A stretch of 64,000 nucleotides of DNA from Takakia lepidozioides (taxonomy: Eukaryota > Plantae > Bryophyta). The translations under genes and the position numbers were made by a program. The notes under the pieces are model-generated. The model searched no databases, was not told the origin of the DNA, and worked only from the letters and a program-made list of their open reading frames with translations. Positions 11,403-24,231 of the stretch are shown piece by piece (position 1 is the first letter of the stretch; every line of letters begins with the position of its first letter). Where the stretch lies: contig CM060732.1 in NCBI GenBank assembly GCA_030704615.1, forward strand, positions 58,714,001-58,778,000. Direction: 5' to 3'.

Positions 11403-13352
11403 GGAGCTCAGGCGGGAGACCTTGAAAACCTTCCTAACGTTTATGGCTGACCAATTTAAAGAACTACGCAGACGTGTCTGAAACAACTACTTTACAACTA
11501 GATTAAGTCTTTGGCAGAACACTGGAAGATGCGAGTCCTTAAAAGGCTGGAAAGCCTTGCTTGTACAGAGCCTGCAGACAAGGTCGAGCAGGTCGTGGAA
11601 ATGAGGAAGATTTATTTGAACTTTGATAAACCTTTTTAGACGATCCTTCAGGACTACATTAGTCTCTAATCCCCGGGGATGTAATGCAAACAATGTGTAC
11701 TGTCACTGCGAGGATCACACAGACCTGTGGACCAATTCCTTCAATGATGAACGAGAACTAATGCAGTGGATGTTGGTGCCAGAGAACAAAAGAACTACCC
11801 CAGCTGAGAGTGAGTTCAGAGATCGAGAATAGTGGAGCTTGCAATGCTCTGGACATGTGCAACATACAAGTGTTGGGTTATCACTAATTCACGACTCATT
11901 CAGGCTTATAATCGAGCTTGCAGTTCACAAGTGCGTTCAAGGACCCAAGGTTCTTTCATAGTATATATGTGCACGAGTACGATAGACGTTCCGACCGGCA
12001 ACATGAATTCCTCTCGGACTTTACCAGTGGTCAAACAAGCCAGAAATAAGGATCCATGCTAGCTAACTTTAAACTTACTTTGTACATATGTGGATGCAAC
12101 ATCACTGTCACACAGTGATCCACACTAACTGATCTTATTTGCATAAGCTGATGCATGCAACATCACTCTCACACAGTCCCTTACAAGTACCAGTTAATCC
12201 AAAGCCCCTGTGCAACTTGCGGAATACTTTTATTTGTCCAGCACGAAAACCCTAATTTTCATTATCTTGCAAGACATATGATCAAGTGTAGAACAATCAG
12301 CATTTTCAAGTTAGGAGAAACTTGAATTCAGTACAGAAGGGCGAGAAATCCCCCAACAGTACAGGCAACAGTCTTCAATATACGTGCATATGATTTGTCG
12401 TTTGGACATACATACGGGTATAGCTATGATGGGTTGTCTTTACAGATCCACAGTTCACATTTCCCATGCCTCTGGATCAGTACATACATGCATCATGCGG
12501 CCTGACCCTGGACCACTCCCTTAATGTGAGGCCTGTTGCCTCCAACAGGTTGGCCAGGGGTAGAATGATGAGAACTATTAACTTCGGACTCAGAAAGCCA
12601 GCAGTGCTGTTATGGGAACTGGACACGGTAGGCCCTACCTGCATTAGATTGGCAATGGCGACAGGTAACTAGTTCCAAGCTACAAGGATCTCAGTGCAAT
12701 ATATGATGCCTTTCCTTTCAAATGAGATGAGAGGGCTAAAGCAAATTGCCAACTTCTTCGCTCGAGAAGATTCAGTCCATGCGGCAAGACATGTGCTTGA
12801 AAAGACAGGTCTAGGAGATTTGAAAAGACGCAAATTATGTTGTGAAGAGACGCATCCTTTTGATAACCGCCCAACACCGGTAGATGACAGACGTATCCTT
12901 TCTAAGTACCGTCAACTGACGGCCAACCCCATCATCCCAGCTGTCTGTATTGAGATGCCTTAACGGGCTGTTCCTCTTCAATTCTGTGCGATAGTCTGGT
13001 AATCAGGTGTTTGTCTTAATGAACCCAGTACCGAGCCTGGCACCTTTGGACACCTTGCATCTGTTTTATCTGCAAAGAGAATGCCGGTAGGCAGACTTTC
13101 CACTTGCAAAATAAGTGCCCACTGCAGTACCGTCAAGAGACACCTTTGCCCTCTTCAAAGCCATCGACGATGTCATAAATGGGGCGGAAAACAATCGAGG
13201 CTTTGTCCCAAAGGATAAAAAAAACGGGCTATGTGTAGATTTTCCTCTGCATCATGAAACACATGAGATTGGCCTCCAGCGGAGAAGTGCTGACCACTTA
13301 GGTAGACCGATTTGATTGACGGTTTTCCTGGTTGAAGTTTTTCAGATAAAAA

Positions 13353-15713
13353 ATGGGGAGAGTCAATTGGCTTGTGATGGCCTTCTTACTCGTATGCTAC
13401 CTGGTTGCTTTTGCTCTTGGCATCGCGGCGGAGCAGCATCGAAGCAAGGTTTGAAATTTTGTTTGAAATTTTTGTTTGGATTCATCTGAATGTTTTGACA
13501 CAAGAAGAAAAGATTTACAGTGCATAAGTTCTCTTTGCATAGCGAGCAATGAGTTTGAACATTGGACTGGAAACCTTGGCTTGTGACGTGCAAAAGATCG
13601 TCAGTAACCGTTCTTATGTACCGGCAACTAACTCTCTAGAGTACAGTGCTTTTCATTTGTGATAGATAGATATGTGCGGGAAAGAGACTTCGCATTGCAG
13701 CCCAGCCCAGCCCGGCCATGTAAGAGTGCATGGAGTCTATCTGGGCAATCTTGAACAGCATTAGGACAAGACGGGGTTTTCCAAGAGAAATAGATCTTAA
13801 TCATGGCACGCTTTTAGTTGCATGGAAGCATCTTTACAGCCTGCAGCCAAACTTTGTTTGGGTCCTACAATCTCCCCTCTATATGTGTTACACCTGGGGA
13901 GTACATATTTAACATCATAGCAGATATAGAATAAGAATCTTTCAAGAATCCCACTTAAGAGGAAGGAACACTTATTAAGAGATTGAAAACTGGAATGTAA
14001 TACTTACGGGAAAAAATGATTTTATGTATCACATAGGCTCATCAACAACAAAGTAAGAATCCAATGTTGATTGTGATACTCTTGAACATGCAACTTTATC
14101 ACCTTTGGTGACATCTTCATCTTGGCACAGGAGAAACCACAACCTCTATTCCTGCATTTTCTTCCTCCTCGATATTTATTTCAATGGTCACATGTTAGTG
14201 AAACGAAAGAGTTTGAATGATCTTTGTGTCAAATAAAAGAGCTTCGGCATTGGACCATTTATGTACTCGAGTCTTGTTATACATCTACATGTACATATAT
14301 GCATTTGAAAAAAAATTACACTTATGAAGGGTCATTTAGTAAAGGAGGGAGTAAAAAAATATCATAACACATAACACCTAACACTTGCTTTAAAGCTTCG
14401 GGAGTATAAAAAAATAACAATCAAAGAGGGTTAACAGATATGGAGGGTAGACCATAGCAAAACCTCATAGAACCTTGTTTTTATTAATTGTCTGTAGGTC
14501 ACAAAAGTTTGTTGAATTCGCATTCATTAATTTGTTACGAGTTGGCACGGGTAGCCCACCTTGTCAACCTCAAATGCTCACTACCCGAGTGCACATTTTT
14601 AGCAATTCATGAGCTCAATTCCTTCACAAATCCGTATTGATACAGTTTAAATGATGTTTGCACTTTATAGGCAATTGTGACTTATGTCGGCAACTCGACA
14701 ATTGGCAACAACAGTAACACAACGAGTGGCACTAATTCAACAGGTTACTACTATTGCAAATATGATTCAGACATCTCTTCATCATATGGAGCGGCAGCCT
14801 TCGTTTTCCTTATTATTAGTCAAGTTGTCCTCATGGGCGTGACACGTTGCTTTTGTGGTGATGGGGAACACAAACCTGGCGCACCTCGAACGTGTGCTTT
14901 CATATCGTTCTGTCTTCTATGGTAAGAATCACCCTCCGGCCTCCGGTTTCAAAATGAGCACTCTTTAGCAATTAGTATTCAGTGTTCCCTTGAGCAATTG
15001 TCACGTGTTTCTAGTCCCACATCGCAACTCATGCTCAAAGCGTTCGGAGTTTTTTACTAACGCTGAGGATACGCACTGGGTGCAGGCTTTGCTTCGCGAT
15101 TGCAGAAATTTGCTTTCTTGCAGGAGCAAACAAAAACTCTATCCGTTCGAGATCACAAAGCTTTTCTACGGGCAATGCTACAATGGATAAATTTATGACT
15201 TGTGACATGTTGAGTAAGGGATTGTTTGGGGCAGCTGCTGCCTTCACATTTTTCACCGGCCTTAGTGGTGAAATCTATTTCATTTGCCTGGTTCTCAGTA
15301 GAAAGGCTGTCGCGGATCTCACCTGGCAAGGACGAGATGGTCCCAGCTCCACAGGATCATCATCCTCGATGAATAGACCTGCCATACCAGGCCCTTATGC
15401 TCTAGGAGGAGATGGTTATAGCTCCACAAGACCATCACCTATGATGAATCAGCCACCCATATCAAGTCCATATGCCGTGGGAGATGGTTCCACAAGACCA
15501 CCCGTGAAACAAGCTTCCTTAGGTCCTTATGGTAGTCAAGGAGATGGTTTTAGTAGCACAAGATCAACACCCCTAAATCAAGCTCCCATGCAACCAAGTC
15601 CTTACACCCTTGGAGGTGATACTGGGTACAGCTCCAAAGGTTCGTCAACTGTAAATCGACCTGGAGGCACAATGAACCGACCAGCCATGCCAAGCCCCTA
15701 TGCCCTGGGATAA
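13353..15713 (+). CDS. DUF1218 (Fb34/MWL/DEAL-like) four-TM membrane protein with a repetitive Pro/Ser/Gly/Tyr C-terminal extension, about 324 aa
   Basis: Exons 13353-13448, 14671-14921 and 15086-15713, all GT-AG with phases that join. Exon 1 (MGRVNWLV..AFALGIAAEQHRSK) is absent from the ORF track. Family motifs: YCKYDSDISSSYG, TRCFC, W-LCFAIAEICFLAG, C..LSKGLFGAAAAF. Confidence 0.88.
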
Positions 15714-17748
15714 AAAAAATGTTGTGTACACAACATGATCCAGCAAAACCTTGTTCAATCTTGAGGTGTCTCTAGACAAAACTGGACAGGCGTTGAGCAC
15801 TATGGCCTACAAAGGGTTGGGACACATGGTAGGGAACACAATTTTGTAGATTTGCAGGCATTTGAGAGGTGCAGAGCCTTCCACGCTTATCTGTTGTTGG
15901 AGTTCAGCTTATTTCTCCAATGAACAATATGATCAACTATTTGATTTTGTATGCATTGTACATGCTAGTTTATTGATTGACAGATAGAGGGGACATACAT
16001 GTGGTCCAGAGGGCTAGACCTCTCACTGTGCTTCTTCGACTAAGTTCCTACTAATTGAGATTGAATGAAGGGGAAAGTTCAAGAATAGGAAAGCCCGTCA
16101 TCTAATAGATGCATTCAACTTGCAATTACACAACTGGGTATATGAGAGAATGGGTAGAATCAATTTAATAATATTGGCTCCTTCGTTTGAATCATTCCTC
16201 AGGTTAGAGCTTTGACATTAGTTGAGATGATTCAAATAGCTGGAACCAGTGTACATGAGTGCCACCATCACCGACATAGGTAGAGACTCATGTTATAAGG
16301 TGCACAGCTTTCTAACGTGGGACTGAGCAGAAAAAACTCTTTCGCTTGTGTCCTAAAAGGACTATTAGAAGCCATAGGCACCCGAATTAATGTGAGCCTC
16401 AATTGCAAAGTGGTTAATATCCAAAAAGTTTTAGAACTCATGAAGAACTAAATTATGGCGGTCTATAACCACTAGGGAATGGCAACATTTCTGCCCCATC
16501 ATCCTCTCCTCATAACAAAGCATGCAAATGACTTTGCACCTCATCATCCAACATATCTACTGCCAATATCCTCAAGTTTGCACACTCAATATATGGAATG
16601 AAACCCTACAAGGGTCTGCACCTACATCAAATATCATTGCACCTAATTTTACTCCTACTCAAGGAGAAATGTTGGGATCTCCACTAGGCTTTCTATGGAC
16701 GAAATATTCTTCTCTTTTTCCTTCTCTTTCCCCAGCTGGCCAGAACAATCAGGAATAGAGGCCCTTCACCTCCGTTCACCAACTTTCAAAATCTGGAGAC
16801 TGAGCCTAGAGTCCTGGCCCTATTTATTGCTCGGCAGCTCACACGCACCAGATTGATGCTTATGTGAAGGGCTTTCGAAAGGAAATCTGGAAAGCCCTCG
16901 AACCAATTTGTAAATCACTTGAGGTAAGTCCCACTACCTCCCTCGTGAAGGTAGTGTCTGTTCTGTTCTCTGTTGTTCCGCACAACAAAGCGCGGGGTCT
17001 AACTTATGGATAGGTTGTGATGGCAACAATGTCTTCTCACTACGTTCGCTCAGCCCAAATAGGTTTTTATGTATTAGTTTGGATTTGGAAATCTCGTTAG
17101 AGGTTATGAGGTCCTCGTTCAATCTTCCATTGTTTGTTTGTTGTTGGTTCTTCTCTAGAATGAAGAAGAGACTAAGCATCATATAATCTTGTCACTGGCA
17201 TGCCCACAGGGACATCCTGCCCACGGTTATGGGTGCCATCCGCGGAATTGCGTACAATACTTTTTTGCAAAAAACATAGGGCAGCACTGCTCACGTGAGC
17301 ACAAGTTTACCGCTCACGATAAAGCAGATGCCATAAATGCCATAAACGCCCTTGAATTCCCTTGCCCTAACTCCACACATACACCTACTGTGTCTTTGGA
17401 GGCTCACATAGCAGCAATATTGGATTCTTGTCCATCGCAATACCAGGGTATGGTATATACCATGGTATGGAATATGGTATGTATTGTCCCTAGTATGGTA
17501 TTGTCTGGGTATTGGCCACCCTACCTACCAGCCGGGTATGGTATTACCTACCTGGATTGATATAGTATTGATACCCGGGTTGGACCTATATACCTGTCCA
17601 ACATTGGCGTCAAGTCGAGAAAGAAGGAATGGAGGCCACCTAGAAATTAGCACAGAAATAGGAAGGTGTGCCCTCCTTTTAAATCTAGAGCTTTCCAAAA
17701 GGGGTGGTGGGTCCTTCCAGAAGGCTCCACCACTACCTTGAGACACTA

Positions 17749-17794
17749 GAGAGAGAACACTCCGGCCGAAGCCGGCGTAACTAAGAGCCACTTC
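17749..17794 (-). mobile_element. Severely 5'-truncated copy of the structured SINE-like family (copy D)
   Basis: Minus strand reads GAAGTGGCTCTTAGTTACGC-CGGC-TTCG-GCCG-GAGTGTTCTCTCTC, matching 8028-8075. Near-perfect TSD: ACCTTGAGACACTA (17735-17748) and ACCTTGCAACACTA (17795-17808). Confidence 0.6.
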
Positions 17795-18889
17795 ACCTTG
17801 CAACACTATATAAAGAGGGTGAGGGTTGCATTTTTACGGGTTTCATCAGCCTCCACCTCAAATTTGGTGGGCTCTGTTAGCTAGGCCCTCCTAAAAACTG
17901 TAAATTGGGAACCTAAATTATCTACAAATGAATGGAAAGCTGAATAGCTTTCAATATTTGTAGATGGATGAAATATGTAGACAAGATGTAGTGCTTTGGA
18001 TAACTAGACTAGCCAAATGTATTGTAGAAAAGTGATAGATCTGATGACCGTCTAGATTTTTACAACCTATTCATAATTACAATAGGGAAGGGCTTGCATG
18101 TATTCCATGCATTTGTTTTAAATAGTTTAATTTGGTAGAATATATGAGTAATTAATTGGTACCACATTCAATCATTCTGGATCTACGTACGATAATATTA
18201 CTAGGGAGTTGTTTTTTTAATTATTCTGGATAGTGGTGATTATGTCTGGAGATTACAGATGAAATTAATTTTAAACTAAAAGATCTGACATGTTTTTCGG
18301 AATTTCTATATTTTCGTCACTAATGATGATATATATATACATTCTTTACCTAAGTTTGTGGATAGTTTAAGAGCATCTCCACCGGGGTACACCAAGTGTC
18401 ACGCCAACGACAACTTGCCCGTGCCGGTGCTCGGCAATGCCCTTTGGCAACCCCTATCCGTGACCCCACACGGCATATGTCAAGCATGGCCCAGGCCTCA
18501 GCAAAAATCACTGCTCCACCCTCCACTTTTGTGCAAGGTAGAGGGAGCCTCGCAGGGCCTATAAGTGTCATCGATGACATTTGGGCAGCTTGGCGGGAGA
18601 GTCTATGGTGGAATCTATAGCGTCACCTGAAGCTCCAGAAAGCGCCACCAAAAGAGATGAAGGGGAAGAATTTTGTGGCCGAGGAAGAACGACAACTTTG
18701 TTGTTTTTTTCTATACATCTCGCTGGATCCAGTGACAAGGAATGGGCAGAAAAACACAACATTCTGTGATAGGATATAAGAGCATTACAACAACAATCGA
18801 CCTGCAAATGGTGCGGAAAGACCAGCCAGGTCGTTGGAATCCAAGTGGGGGATTATCAAACACGACATCGTAAAATTTGTGGGTAACTA

Positions 18890-19612
18890 TGTCGCGGCCC
18901 TTTGCCTTGAGGGCAGGGGGTCGGGACACATGAGGGGCTGCCCCTGTGGTGGGGGCAGCGGCGACGATAGGTATGGGGGCTGAAGCACCCTTGAGTGCCC
19001 AAGGCACTCAAGGAGGCGGAGGCGCTCACTAGGTGGAGCCCCGCACACCGGGTTGCGGTGGAGGTGGCTCCACAAGGGGTGGTGGTAGCTTAGTGGGACT
19101 TAGTGGGGGTGGCATAGGACTCACCATGGGGTGGAGACCTCGAGGTGGGAGTCGTGGGGAGTCTTGGGACTCATCATGGTCCATTGGGGCCGCGGTGAGT
19201 GGGCCAAGACTCACCGCGACTCACCACCGGGAGTCGAGGGTTTTCGTGGTGGTTCGCCATAAAATGGCATGGCTGGTTATGAAACCCCCGCGGACAGCTA
19301 CAGAAGTATATATAGGGAGTAGTAACCCCGAGAACGGTGCAAGCCCGTTGGTGACCAAAAACTAGTGAGTAATCGTGCGAGCCGGAAAGCGACCAAAGAG
19401 TGGGGAGCTGTTCCGGACTGCCATCTACCAAAGGGAATTCTCCTAGTCCCAAATAGGTGGAGGGTTTTAGAGGAAGCGAATGGGGACCGTTATGTCCCGG
19501 TGAGTAGCCGAAACTCCAAGTTGGCCCGGCGGCCAGGTTGGGAGTCAGGCGCGCGCATCAAAGCGGTTAACTATGACTTGAAGGGGAGTTTACCGAAGTG
19601 AGGTGCGCGACA
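18890..19612 (+). repeat. 5' LTR (723 bp)
   Basis: Starts TGTCGCG and ends CGCGACA. TATA-like TATATATAG near 19307. Differs from the 3' LTR by one substitution and one G-run indel on visual comparison. Confidence 0.98.
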
Positions 19613-19614
19613 TT

Positions 19615-19626
19615 TGGTATCAGAGC
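19615..19626 (+). promoter_or_regulatory. Primer-binding site for initiator tRNA-Met
   Basis: TGGTATCAGAGC, 2 nt after the 5' LTR. Confidence 0.95.
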
Positions 19627-19667
19627 TTAGAGTTCAGTACGCGATCGTCCTTGGGATCGGCCTCATC

Positions 19668-21353
19668 ATGGGGTCGGGCAAGCCGAAGCGAAAGCGGAAC
19701 GGCCCAAAAGATGATGATCCCGGTGAGCCCGATGGGGGCGACGTGTCACCGAGGCGGCCGTTTGAGGAAGCGATGAATGTTTCCGAAAACGAGGCCGCTC
19801 AAGAGCGGGAGGAATCCGAGGAGTCGGAGCCCGAGGAATCCTCGAGAGCTCCGACAAACCAAGAGATGCCTCCCATGCCAGCAGCCTTTTGGGAAGGGTT
19901 GTTGGCGCAGTTTGGCGGGGCGTTGAAAGACGTGTTGAAGGCGGCTAATGCCACTTCCACTAAGGCAAAGTTTAAGGTGAAGCCTAAGGAACCCGGCACC
20001 TTTGAGGGCGTTCGAAACCGGAAGGCACTCAACACCTGGCTCCTGGAGCTAGAGCAGTACTTCCGGGCGGCCAAGTTGAGTGACGAGGATCGGGTGGAAG
20101 TGGCTCCCACCTATTTGAGGGGCTATGCTCAACAATGGTGGCAGAAACGCCTTCACGACCGAGGCCCAAGCCCGGAAACCTTGAACTGGAGTGGGTTCAA
20201 GGAATTGATGAAGAGACAGTTTGTGCCCCTCAACGCATCCTGGCTTGCCCGGGACAAGATGAGGAATTTGAAGCAAACAGATGACATTCGGGGGTATGTC
20301 CAGGCTTTCAATGTGCTGTTGCTCGAAGTCGCGGACATGGCGGAACCAGAAATGGTCTTCAACTTTGTGGCGGGACTGGCCCCATGGGCTAGGCGGAAGT
20401 TGGAGGAGAAGCCACCCAAGACTTTGAACGAGGCAATTGAGAGAGCTGAATGTTTCTCGGATGTCCCTAGGGGTGAGAGACAAGGCCGTACGGAGCTGAA
20501 CCACAAGAAGACCCGGCGGGAAGGTGACTCCTCCCGACCGGAAAAGAAGTGGGATAGGCCACGCGGCGAAAATGGCACGTGGAAATCGAAGGGAGGGCCT
20601 TCACACGTCAAGGCGGCACCCGGTGCTTCGAAAGGAAAAGCGGGTGGAGCGGCTTATGGCGGACAGAAGGCGACCTTTGATGGAGTGTGTTTCAATTGCG
20701 GGGAGCCCGGGCACATGGCCAAGAAGTGCACGAAGCCCCGGCAATTGAACATGACTCGGGCGACCACGGAGCTGTCGGAAGATACCATCAGTCGTTTGGT
20801 GGAAGCGGTAGTCGCCAGGACTTGCAAGGTAGGCAACTATTCTTGTGAGTTGTATCAGGAAACTGGCGCCCTGCGTAAAGGGAGTCAGTTATTGTTCGTG
20901 GATGGGATAATATCCGGAACTAACGTGTCGTTGTTGGTGGACACAGGAGCGTCGCACTCCTTCATGACGCCGGCGGCGGCGCGAAAGTTGGGACTCCCGA
21001 CAAGTGACGTGGGGGCCTCTATTGAGGTACGCTCTGCCAAAGGAGAACCTCAGTTGGCGACAAGGTTGGCGTTTGATGTTCCTCTTCAACTGGGGAGTTG
21101 GGAGGGACGTGAGAACTTCACTATCTGCGAGATCGATGGAGTGGATCTCATTTTGGGAATGACCTTTTTGAGCAAATCCGGAGCGGTCATAGATGGCCGC
21201 AAGAGAGTAGTCACGCTGCCATGTGGGAATGGTGGCGAGGTTTTACGAGTGTCGGAAACGCCCAAATCCGTGGGAGGGCGAATAAACCTTCTATCAGCAA
21301 AGGAGTGGGCCGTGGAGGAGACACACGAGTCCCAGTTTTTTGCTTTACATTAG
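19668..21353 (+). CDS. gag: Gag-protease ORF of the gypsy element
   Basis: First ATG at 19668. Contains retrotransposon gag motifs, the zinc knuckle [14 protein letters not shown] and the aspartic protease motif LVDTGASH. Confidence 0.95.
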   Translation: MGSGKPKRKRNGPKDDDPGEPDGGDVSPRRPFEEAMNVSENEAAQEREESEESEPEESSRAPTNQEMPPMPAAFWEGLLAQFGGALKDVLKAANATSTKAKFKVKPKEPGTFEGVRNRKALNTWLLELEQYFRAAKLSDEDRVEVAPTYLRGYAQQWWQKRLHDRGPSPETLNWSGFKELMKRQFVPLNASWLARDKMRNLKQTDDIRGYVQAFNVLLLEVADMAEPEMVFNFVAGLAPWARRKLEEKPPKTLNEAIERAECFSDVPRGERQGRTELNHKKTRREGDSSRPEKKWDRPRGENGTWKSKGGPSHVKAAPGASKGKAGGAAYGGQKATFDGVCFNCGEPGHMAKKCTKPRQLNMTRATTELSEDTISRLVEAVVARTCKVGNYSCELYQETGALRKGSQLLFVDGIISGTNVSLLVDTGASHSFMTPAAARKLGLPTSDVGASIEVRSAKGEPQLATRLAFDVPLQLGSWEGRENFTICEIDGVDLILGMTFLSKSGAVIDGRKRVVTLPCGNGGEVLRVSETPKSVGGRINLLSAKEWAVEETHESQFFALH

Positions 21354-24231
21354 AGAAGTGAAAGGAGAAGGCGATGGGGAGCCGAGCCCAGATTGGATCA
21401 AGGGGATTTTGGAGAAATACCAGGATGTGATGCCGGAGGATTTACCAAGCGGCTTGCCACCGCGAAGAGGAGTTGACCACAAAATTGAGGTGATACCGGG
21501 ATCGGAACCGCCTGCCAAGGCGCCCTACCGGTTGAGCCACAAAGAGTTGGTCGAGCTGAAGACTCAGCTCAAAGATCTAATGTCAAAGGGGTACATCCGG
21601 CCGAGTAAGTCACCTTACGGAGCCCCGGTGCTATTTGCAGACAAGAAGGATGGGACGCTGCGGATGTGTGTCGATTACAGGGCTCTGAATAAGGTGACTA
21701 TCAAAAACCGGTACCCTTTGCCAAGGATCGACGACCTCTTCGATCGGTTGGCAGGAGCGAAGTATTTCAGCCGGATCGACTTGCGCTCCGGCTATCACCA
21801 AATTCGGGTGGCGGAAGGAGATGAGGAGAAGACCGCGTGCAGGACAAGGTATGGTTCATATGAGTTCTTGGTGATGCCTTTTGGGCTCACCAATGCACCA
21901 GCGACATTTAGCACGCTGATGAACAGCCTTTTCCAGGAGTGGTTGGATGACTTTGTGATCGTGTACATCGACGACATCTTGGTGTACTCGAAAACAAAGG
22001 AGGAGCACCTGGAGCACCTCAAAAGGGTGTTCCAAAAATTGCGAGAAGGGAAGCTGTATGCCAAAGCTTCAAAGTGCGAATTCGGGGTCACAAAAGTGGA
22101 GTTCTTGGGGCACGTGATTACACAGGATGGGATCAAAATGGATGACAGAAAGGTGAGGGCGATCTTGGACTGGGAGCCTCCGACTTCGGTCCCGGGAGTG
22201 CGATCCTTCCTAGGACTCGCCTCCTATTACCGGAAGTATGTGAGAAATTTCGCCAAGATCGCGGGGCCGCTGTCGGACCTTCTGTGTAAATCCAAAGTCT
22301 GGGTATGGAACACATTTTGTGGCCAAGCTTTTGCTGAATTGAAGCAGCGGATGACGGAAGCTCCAGTCTTAAAAATCCCGGAGTTCGATCGTCCGTTTGA
22401 GATTCATACAGATGCATCGGACTTCGCAATTGGGGGTGTACTTATGCAAGATGGACGTCCAGTGGCTTACGAAAGTAAGAAACTGAATGAAGTGGAGCGA
22501 CGGTGGCCGACGCACGAAAAAGAGATGAAGGCGGTGGTACATTGCCTTGAACTCTGGCGCCACTATGTTGGTTCCAACCCAGTGAAGGTGTTCACGGACA
22601 ATGTCACGGTGAAGTATTTTGCCACGCAGCCCAAGTTGTCCCCAAAACAACTTAGGTGGCAAGATACTTTGGCAGTGTTCGACGTGGATATCCAGTACAA
22701 ACCGGGACGGGACAATGTGGTGGCCGATGCTTTAAGTAGAAAGCAGCAGCTCTTGTTGGTGTACAAGGGCGAGACGGCGCTCCAAAGGAAGATCCGGAAG
22801 GCTTGCCGGAAGGATGAGCTGGCAAAGTGCGTGATGCAGAACTTGAGAATGGGGGTTAAATCGCAGTTCCACTTGCAAAACGGACTGCTCCGGTATAAGC
22901 AAAAACGTCTCTATGTGCCAAAGGGAGGGATCAGGGATAGTCTCTTGAGAGAATGCCATGATAGCCCGCTTGCGGGCCACGGTGGAGCCAAGCGCACTGC
23001 GGCACTCTTGAAGAAAGAGTATTTCTGGCCCAAACTGAGGGAGGAGGCAGAGGAGTATGTAAAGACATGCACCACATGCCAACAAAACCGGAGCGAGTAT
23101 AAAAAGCAAGCGGGGCTGTTACAACCCTTGCCGATTCCAGAGGGGACTTGGGAAAGCGTCTCGATGGATTTCATGACTGCTATGCCGCTGTCAAAAGGAT
23201 TCGATGCAATCATGGTGGTGGTAGATAGGTTCAGTAAAATGGCCCATTTCATCCCCACCAAGGAGACGGCAACGGCGCAGGAGACAGGGCGACTTTACTT
23301 CGCCCACGTCTTAAAGCATCATGGAGTCCCGAAGGATATTGTCTCGGACCGCGACCCAAAGTTTACGAGTAAATTTTGGAGAGCACTTTGGAAGAAGATG
23401 GGGACGAGGCTGAAGATGAGCACCGCCTTCCGACCTACGACGGACGGCCAAACGGAAAGAGTGAATTCCGTAGTGAAGCAATTCTTGCGGAATTACGTGT
23501 CGGCAGACCAATCAGACTGGATGGAACACTTAGACGCGGCAGAGTTCTGTTATAATAACACAGAACACTCCGCGACGGGAATTTCCCCTTTTGTGTTGGT
23601 CTATGGAAAAGCACCTCTGGTGCCGACAAGTTGGGCCGCCCAGGACGTTGAGGAACCGGCAGTAGCGGCGGTGCTGGAAGAACGCGAGCGTTTGTTGAAG
23701 CTCGCAAAGTACAACATTGCCAAAGCTAGGAAACGGTATGAAAGGCAGGCGAATCGGAAGCGGAGGGAAGTGAAGTTTGAGGCAGGCACAGAGGTCTGGT
23801 TGAACATCAAGAATTTTCGACTACCTCCGGAAGTGAGTCCGAAGTTCGTACCTCCGTATGCGGGTCCCTTTCGCATTCGGAGGGTTATGAACGAGGATGT
23901 GTATGAATTGGAGCTGCCGGCAAACAGCAAGGTGCACCCAGTATTCCATGTCTCCCTTTTGAAGCCTTACTTCAAAGATGAAGCACGTCCGAATCGGCAG
24001 CAAGTGTTGCGTCCGCCACCTATGCTGTTGGATCATGAAAATGAACCCGAGTACGAGGTGGAGGCAATACTTAAGTCGAGGAGGTTCAAGAACCGAGAAA
24101 CGGAGTATCTCGTCAAATGGAAGGGCTATCATCTTGTGGAGGCATCTTGGGTGCGTGCCTCAGAAATGGGAAACGCATCCGAGGCAGTTGCAGCGTTCGA
24201 AGGGCGACCTCAAAAGCGGAAGAAACGTTGA
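21340..24231 (+). CDS. pol: RT-RNaseH-integrase-chromodomain ORF (+1 frame relative to gag-PR, no ATG at the junction)
   Basis: RT motifs MPFGLTNAP and YIDD; RNaseH TDASD and DALSR; integrase H..H..CTTC, SMDF, SDRD, DGQTER and GPF; chromodomain [17 protein letters not shown]; terminal basic QKRKKR. Confidence 0.97.
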   Translation: MLYIREVKGEGDGEPSPDWIKGILEKYQDVMPEDLPSGLPPRRGVDHKIEVIPGSEPPAKAPYRLSHKELVELKTQLKDLMSKGYIRPSKSPYGAPVLFADKKDGTLRMCVDYRALNKVTIKNRYPLPRIDDLFDRLAGAKYFSRIDLRSGYHQIRVAEGDEEKTACRTRYGSYEFLVMPFGLTNAPATFSTLMNSLFQEWLDDFVIVYIDDILVYSKTKEEHLEHLKRVFQKLREGKLYAKASKCEFGVTKVEFLGHVITQDGIKMDDRKVRAILDWEPPTSVPGVRSFLGLASYYRKYVRNFAKIAGPLSDLLCKSKVWVWNTFCGQAFAELKQRMTEAPVLKIPEFDRPFEIHTDASDFAIGGVLMQDGRPVAYESKKLNEVERRWPTHEKEMKAVVHCLELWRHYVGSNPVKVFTDNVTVKYFATQPKLSPKQLRWQDTLAVFDVDIQYKPGRDNVVADALSRKQQLLLVYKGETALQRKIRKACRKDELAKCVMQNLRMGVKSQFHLQNGLLRYKQKRLYVPKGGIRDSLLRECHDSPLAGHGGAKRTAALLKKEYFWPKLREEAEEYVKTCTTCQQNRSEYKKQAGLLQPLPIPEGTWESVSMDFMTAMPLSKGFDAIMVVVDRFSKMAHFIPTKETATAQETGRLYFAHVLKHHGVPKDIVSDRDPKFTSKFWRALWKKMGTRLKMSTAFRPTTDGQTERVNSVVKQFLRNYVSADQSDWMEHLDAAEFCYNNTEHSATGISPFVLVYGKAPLVPTSWAAQDVEEPAVAAVLEERERLLKLAKYNIAKARKRYERQANRKRREVKFEAGTEVWLNIKNFRLPPEVSPKFVPPYAGPFRIRRVMNEDVYELELPANSKVHPVFHVSLLKPYFKDEARPNRQQVLRPPPMLLDHENEPEYEVEAILKSRRFKNRETEYLVKWKGYHLVEASWVRASEMGNASEAVAAFEGRPQKRKKR

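Noticed and set aside
17428-17585. GGTATGGTAT-rich MITE-like repeat
   Set aside because: It is repetitive, but no convincing TIR or TSD pair could be defined.
17745-17776. Helitron 3' end (hairpin followed by CTAG/T on the minus strand; similar CTAA/T at 8075-8079)
   Set aside because: Both sites are flanked by TSD-like duplications and are homologous to tRNA-headed copies. Helitrons make no TSD, so a retroposon origin fits better.
19495-19550. Hammerhead ribozyme in the gypsy LTR (CCGAAACTCC...GGAGTC)
   Set aside because: GAAAC, stem III and GUC are present, but there is no CUGANGA core or stem I.
18887-19601. Short ORFs inside the LTRs (and antisense ORFs over gag, pol and the RLKs)
   Set aside because: These are expected by-products of GC-rich or antisense-coding sequence, and two are altered by the LTR indel.
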